From Patescibacteria group bacterium UBA1400 (lineage in GTDB: Bacteria > Patescibacteriota > Microgenomatia > UBA1400), in assembly GCA_002305125.1 (NCBI GenBank), contig DBQG01000050.1, positions 1 through 43,010 on the forward strand: DNA of 43,010 bases, in the 5' to 3' direction. Positions 42,343 through 43,010 of the stretch are shown in pieces. Numbering within the stretch: position 1 is the stretch's first letter; every line of letters begins with the position of its first letter. The position numbers and the translations under genes are program-made. The notes under the pieces were generated by a model. It was not told where the DNA came from. It saw only the letters and a program-made list of their open reading frames with translations, and made no database searches.

Positions 42343-42969
42343 ATGATTGAAAAATCATTGTTAATGATAATAAATCTTTTTAAACCCCAAAAGGATAACA
42401 GTTTACCTTTAAGTAAGTTTTTCAGAAATTTTTTTGAATTATCTAGACTTAAAACTGTTGTGGGCGTGGGGCTATTGCTGATGATTTTTTCCTTAAGCAT
42501 GTTAAATGCTCCTAAACCTGTTTTGGGCGGCCAGGAGGCGGTTTTAACCAGTCCTGAACCCCAAGAAGTTCAGACTCAGACCACTTTCAATCTACCCTTA
42601 ACAGCCGGCTATATTTCTCAAAATTACCATTGGTTCCATAAAGGAGTAGATATCACCAGTCCTTTAGGCACAACTGTATATCCTATTACCAAAGGTAAGG
42701 TTATTGAAGTAACCTATGGCAGCTTAGGGTACGGACATAAAGTGGTAATCCAGCATGAAAACGGCTTTGAATCATTATATGCTCATTTAGGAGAAATAAA
42801 GGTTAAGGTTGGGGATGAAATTAGTAAAGATACTGTTATTGGTCTAGTGGGTTTAACTGGCTGGAGTACTGGACCCCATTTACACTTAGAAACTAAAAAG
42901 GACGGAAACTATCTTGATCCGCTAACAGTCTTACCTGATTTTCAACTAGAAAAAGAGGCAAGTCAATAA
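42343..42969 (+). CDS. M23-family (LytM/lysostaphin-type) metallopeptidase
   Basis: 208-aa ORF with an N-terminal TM. Motifs 'HKGVDI', 'GHKVVIQHENGFESLYAHL' and 'TGWSTGPHLHLE' are present. Confidence 0.85.
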   Translation: MIEKSLLMIINLFKPQKDNSLPLSKFFRNFFELSRLKTVVGVGLLLMIFSLSMLNAPKPVLGGQEAVLTSPEPQEVQTQTTFNLPLTAGYISQNYHWFHKGVDITSPLGTTVYPITKGKVIEVTYGSLGYGHKVVIQHENGFESLYAHLGEIKVKVGDEISKDTVIGLVGLTGWSTGPHLHLETKKDGNYLDPLTVLPDFQLEKEASQ

Positions 42970-43010
42970 ATTTCTGCTTTTATGATTAAAGTAAAAAAAG
43001 CCCTGCTTTT

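Noticed and set aside
1324-42500. Short ORFs from the six-frame track that lie inside, or antisense to, long conserved genes. They are 1324-1515, 2125-2346, 2298-2567, 2834-3031, 3043-3315, 5199-5384, 10380-10613, 14492-14710, 14976-15203, 15293-15571, 16153-16404, 17539-17814, 21316-21513, 22596-22856, 23041-23229, 25155-25340, 28791-28994, 29912-30169, 34149-34382, 34434-34634, 40525-40854, 41255-41500 and 42297-42500.
   Set aside because: Each one is fully nested in, or largely overlaps, a longer ORF with clear family motifs, or lies in a promoter or leader region. Their translations are low-complexity, have no recognisable motifs and have no start-site signals. They are shadow ORFs.
1-43010. 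A CRISPR array, an rRNA, a DGR/retroelement, or an alternative genetic code (UGA recoding as in some candidate phyla).
   Set aside because: I saw no regularly spaced direct repeats with unique spacers, no reverse transcriptase ORF and no rRNA-like segments. Long ORFs are intact under the standard code, and TGA functions as a stop at several well-defined gene ends (for example 12483-12485, 23366-23368 and 32450-32452).

Overview
This is an AT-rich (roughly one-third G+C by eye), very tightly packed bacterial window read with the standard genetic code. TGA is used as a stop, for example at 12483-12485 and 23366-23368. All family calls rest on motif recognition by eye; no searches were run. The gene content and architecture resemble a reduced-genome Gram-positive-like lineage such as Patescibacteria/CPR, but that is inference only.

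Layout:
- 76-10274 (- strand): DNA repair (UDG, PolX), the heat-shock operon hrcA-grpE-dnaK-dnaJ with a CIRCE-like operator, lepA and murJ.
- 10495-16604 (+): rpsT, then a six-gene envelope operon. It opens with PilN- and PilO-like proteins and continues with four orphan membrane or surface proteins that are Cys-rich, have Ser/Pro-repeat linkers and share a C-terminal sorting-like signal.
- 16607-21530 (-): an LCP ligase plus GT-C glycosyltransferases, including a fused double GT-C/PMT-like protein.
- 21551-29329: PcrA-like helicase, two FemAB-family genes, a helicase fused to an Fe-S nuclease, and RmuC.
- 29355-32452 (+): small membrane protein, YerC/TrpR-like regulator, metG, tatD.
- 32454-37867 (+): a second glycan cluster (GT2, GT-C, WecA/TagO-like, UbiA/DPPR-synthase-like).
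- 37871-38788 (-): PEGA/SH3 lipoprotein.
- 38888-41606 (+): tRNA-Cys followed about 13 nt later by an FMN riboswitch that controls a ThiXYZ/RibXY-type ABC importer.
- 41603-42969: a compositionally deviant orphan ORF and an M23 peptidase, driven by back-to-back perfect sigma70-type promoters.

No CRISPR array, rRNA, transposase or integrase is visible. The most interesting candidates are the PilN/O-linked Cys-rich surface-protein operon with its adjoining glycosylation genes, the riboswitch-controlled importer, and the orphan ORF at 41603-42202.
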